Shown here piece after piece: positions 16,062 through 18,522 of a stretch of 18,522 bases of DNA. Positions within the stretch are counted from its first letter, which is position 1, and the number at the start of each line of letters is the position of its first letter. Both the position numbers and the translations under genes were made by a program. The stretch comes from Candidatus Krumholzibacteriia bacterium (GTDB taxonomy: Bacteria; Krumholzibacteriota; Krumholzibacteriia; LZORAL124-64-63): contig JAZBOO010000208.1 of the NCBI GenBank assembly GCA_036351155.1, positions 1-18,522 on the forward strand, read 5' to 3'. The notes below the pieces were generated by a model that saw only the letters and a program-made list of their open reading frames with translations, was not told the DNA's origin and ran no database searches.

Positions 16062-18517
16062 AACTCAGCCTCGCCTTCGAACTCTTCAGGAAGATCTTCG
16101 GGACCGATCAGCACATCACGCGCCTTGCTGCCCGTGAATGGTCCCACAATGCCGGCTTCCTCGAGCATGTCCATGAGCCGGCCCGCGCGCGTATAACCTA
16201 TACGCAGACGGCGCTGCAGCAAGCTGGTGGACCCACTCTGGTGCTGCACGACAATGCGCATGGCCTCGTCGAACATGTCGTCTTCGCCCGTATGCATGCC
16301 GCCGCCGCCCGGTTTTTCCTGAAGGCTGATCTCCTCGGTGATCCCGGCGTACTGCCCCCAGTGACGGCTGATGGCCTCGCACTCGTCCACATCGATGAAC
16401 GACCCGTGCACCCGCACGGGCAGGGCGCGGCCCGGTTGCAGGAACAGCATGTCACCATGCCCCAGCAGCTGCTCGGCCCCCTTCATGTCCAGGATGGTCC
16501 GCGAATCGTTCATCTGGATGACCCGAAAGGCAATCCGGCAGGGAATATTGGCCTTGATGACCCCGGTGATCACATCGACGCTGGGCCGCTGGGTGGCCAG
16601 AATGAGGTGGATGCCCACGGCCCGCGCCTTCTGGGCCAGGCGGGTGATCAGGTCCTCGAGATCCTTGCCCAGCTGCAGCATCAGGTCGGCCAGCTCATCC
16701 ACGATGGTCAGGTAGTAGGGCATGGGCTCGGTCACTTTTTCACCGCTGGCGTCGGTGACCTCGCCCCGGGCGACCTTCTCGTTGTACTGCTTGATATTCC
16801 GGACCCCGTACTTGGCCAGGTTGCGGTAGCGGTACTCCATCTGGGCCACCATCCACTGGAGGGCCTTCAGAGATTCCTTGGCCTCGGTCACCACCGGGAG
16901 CAAGAGGTGCGGGATGCCGTTGTAGACATTCATCTCCAGCATCTTGGGATCGATCAGGACCATCCGCAGGGTGCTCGGAGTGTTCCGCATGAGCAGATTG
17001 CTGATGATGGCGTTCAGACAGACGGACTTGCCGCTGCCGGTGGAACCGGCCACCAGGAGGTGAGGCAGAGCTGCAATATCCACCGACACGGGGCGACCGT
17101 TCACATCCTTGCCCAGCACAACCTGCAGGGGATTGCCGGTCGGATGACCCGAAGGTTCACCCACCAGCTCCACCACTTCGCGCAGACGGACCATCTTGGC
17201 CACCGGATTGGGAATTTCGATACCCACGGCGGCCTTGCCGGGAATGGGCGCCTCCATGCGGATGGAGCGGGCTTGCATGGCCAGGGCCAGGTCGTCGGTG
17301 CGCTGCACGATCTGGCTGACCTTGATGCCGTGACCAGGCTGGAATTCGAAGGTCGTCACCACCGGCCCGGGACGGACATCCTTGACTTCGCCCTCGACCC
17401 CGAAGGAGCGCAGGGTGGCTTCCAGCAGGTCGGCCGAGGCATCGAGCTCGGCGGTGGACAGGGGCTGGGTTTCCGGGCCGGCCGGGGTCAGCAGCTCCAC
17501 GCCAGGCAGAATCACGGGGCCGGCTTTCCTGCGCTTCTTCTTGAGCCTGGCTTCTCCCACCCGGCCATCGTCCTCCGAGGCCACCGGGGCGTCGCCGTCG
17601 CCCATGAACTCTCCCGATGCCCCGGCCAGGACCACTCCTTCGGTGACCGGCTGAGGCGGGGCAACCACCTCGGGTCCCGGCATGTCGTGCATCCGTCGCG
17701 GCGGACGGGGGGCGTTCTCGGGAGAATCGGGCTCCGCCACAGCCTCCGGACGAGGACGTGCCATGGATTGATCGGCGGCCGCTGCCTGGTCCCGCTTCTT
17801 CTGGCGGGCGGCGGCCTTTTGACGTCGGGACTCGGCCCAGCGGGAAGGCAGTTCTCCCAGGGCAGAAAGCCCTGCCCAGATCCACAGGAAAGGCCGGCTG
17901 ACCAGCCAGGCCAGGCCCTTGCCCGTTTCCTTGAGGAAAGAGCCGAAGCCATCGGCCAGGCCGGGCACCCAGCCCAGCCAGGGACGGAAAACCACGAGAA
18001 GAATGGCCAGGAGAATGACGGTCAGAAAAATGTGGGTGCCCCACACGCCGAACAGCAGGGAAAAGCCCTGGGCCACGAAATAACCCACGATGCCGCCGAA
18101 ACGGGCACCGGCTTCGGCCCCGAAAGGCCCCTCGGGCTGAGCGATCCAGGCCGTGGTGGCCACCCACAGAGGAATCGCCCGCAACAACCAGGGTTTCAGG
18201 ACGGCGTTCTTGCCGGTGAGAAACCCTGTCCCCAGAACCGCCAGATAGACGGGAAAGACCCAGCACCACAGCCCGCCAAAAACCCCATGAAGGCCGACAC
18301 TCATGACCGAACCCACCGGACCACCCGGATTGCCGGGATCGATCAGGTGGGCGGGCTGTTCACCGGAAACCCATTGCCACCAGGGGCCCACGCCTCCGGT
18401 CAAGGACAGTCCCAGGTACACGGCCACCGCCAGCAGCAGCAGTCCACTCAACCAGGCAGATTCGTACCAGGCAGGTTGGCCTTTTGATTTAGCCTTCTTC
18501 GCTCTTCGCCCTGACAC
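16058..18517 (-). CDS. ftsK: DNA translocase FtsK/SpoIIIE (at least 819 aa; the start may lie beyond the window edge)
   Basis: N-terminal TM helices, Pro/Ala-rich linker, GPVVT.FE, RMEAPIPGK.AVGIEIPN, Walker A PHLLVAGSTGSGKS, VDELADLM, ATQRPSVDVITG, gamma domain STSLLQRRLRIGYTRAGRLMD.LE..GIVG. Confidence 0.96.
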   Translation of the reverse strand: MSGRRAKKAKSKGQPAWYESAWLSGLLLLAVAVYLGLSLTGGVGPWWQWVSGEQPAHLIDPGNPGGPVGSVMSVGLHGVFGGLWCWVFPVYLAVLGTGFLTGKNAVLKPWLLRAIPLWVATTAWIAQPEGPFGAEAGARFGGIVGYFVAQGFSLLFGVWGTHIFLTVILLAILLVVFRPWLGWVPGLADGFGSFLKETGKGLAWLVSRPFLWIWAGLSALGELPSRWAESRRQKAAARQKKRDQAAAADQSMARPRPEAVAEPDSPENAPRPPRRMHDMPGPEVVAPPQPVTEGVVLAGASGEFMGDGDAPVASEDDGRVGEARLKKKRRKAGPVILPGVELLTPAGPETQPLSTAELDASADLLEATLRSFGVEGEVKDVRPGPVVTTFEFQPGHGIKVSQIVQRTDDLALAMQARSIRMEAPIPGKAAVGIEIPNPVAKMVRLREVVELVGEPSGHPTGNPLQVVLGKDVNGRPVSVDIAALPHLLVAGSTGSGKSVCLNAIISNLLMRNTPSTLRMVLIDPKMLEMNVYNGIPHLLLPVVTEAKESLKALQWMVAQMEYRYRNLAKYGVRNIKQYNEKVARGEVTDASGEKVTEPMPYYLTIVDELADLMLQLGKDLEDLITRLAQKARAVGIHLILATQRPSVDVITGVIKANIPCRIAFRVIQMNDSRTILDMKGAEQLLGHGDMLFLQPGRALPVRVHGSFIDVDECEAISRHWGQYAGITEEISLQEKPGGGGMHTGEDDMFDEAMRIVVQHQSGSTSLLQRRLRIGYTRAGRLMDMLEEAGIVGPFTGSKARDVLIGPEDLPEEFEGEAEF

Positions 18518-18522
18518 GCAAC

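Noticed and set aside
17157..18269. 370-aa alternative-frame ORF inside ftsK
   Set aside because: It is an Arg/Gly/Pro-rich off-frame read-through typical of GC-rich coding DNA and lies fully within ftsK.
149..18487. Long plus-strand ORFs (149-2206, 2824-4017, 4863-6272, 6290-7807, 7894-8856, 9533-11557, 14490-16040, 16037-18487)
   Set aside because: They are antisense shadows of well-supported minus-strand genes. High GC3 suppresses stop codons in the mirror frame, and they show no recognisable motifs.

Overview
An 18.5 kb GC-rich bacterial chromosomal window holding one tightly packed minus-strand gene run: ftsK - rimO - hypothetical envelope protein - bamD - nadD - polA - coaE - prfB (programmed +1 frameshift) - lysS - lolC/E - lolD - mcsA - mcsB - clpC. 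bamD and lolC/E-lolD indicate a diderm. The mcsA-mcsB-clpC module has no adjacent ctsR and is translationally coupled to lolD. I found no mobile elements, RNA genes or CRISPR arrays. The most striking observation is that the McsB homolog is full length and keeps its structural residues, but has lost almost every catalytic and ATP-binding residue of the phosphagen/protein-arginine kinase family (SSRIRLARN->GVSAHLHRN, NEEDH->LDQNH, CPTN->FVNS, YGEGSE->FGTHQT) and the allosteric RDxxRA pArg pocket. This suggests a pseudokinase McsA-McsB adaptor module for ClpC. Secondary observations: an abrupt GC3 switch inside clpC near position 670 (mosaic gene or chimeric assembly), a RimO with a remodelled TRAM domain, an unannotated exported protein with a C-terminal membrane anchor next to bamD, and a variant prfB frameshift cassette. 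All family comparisons come from recalled reference sequences; no alignment or database search was run.
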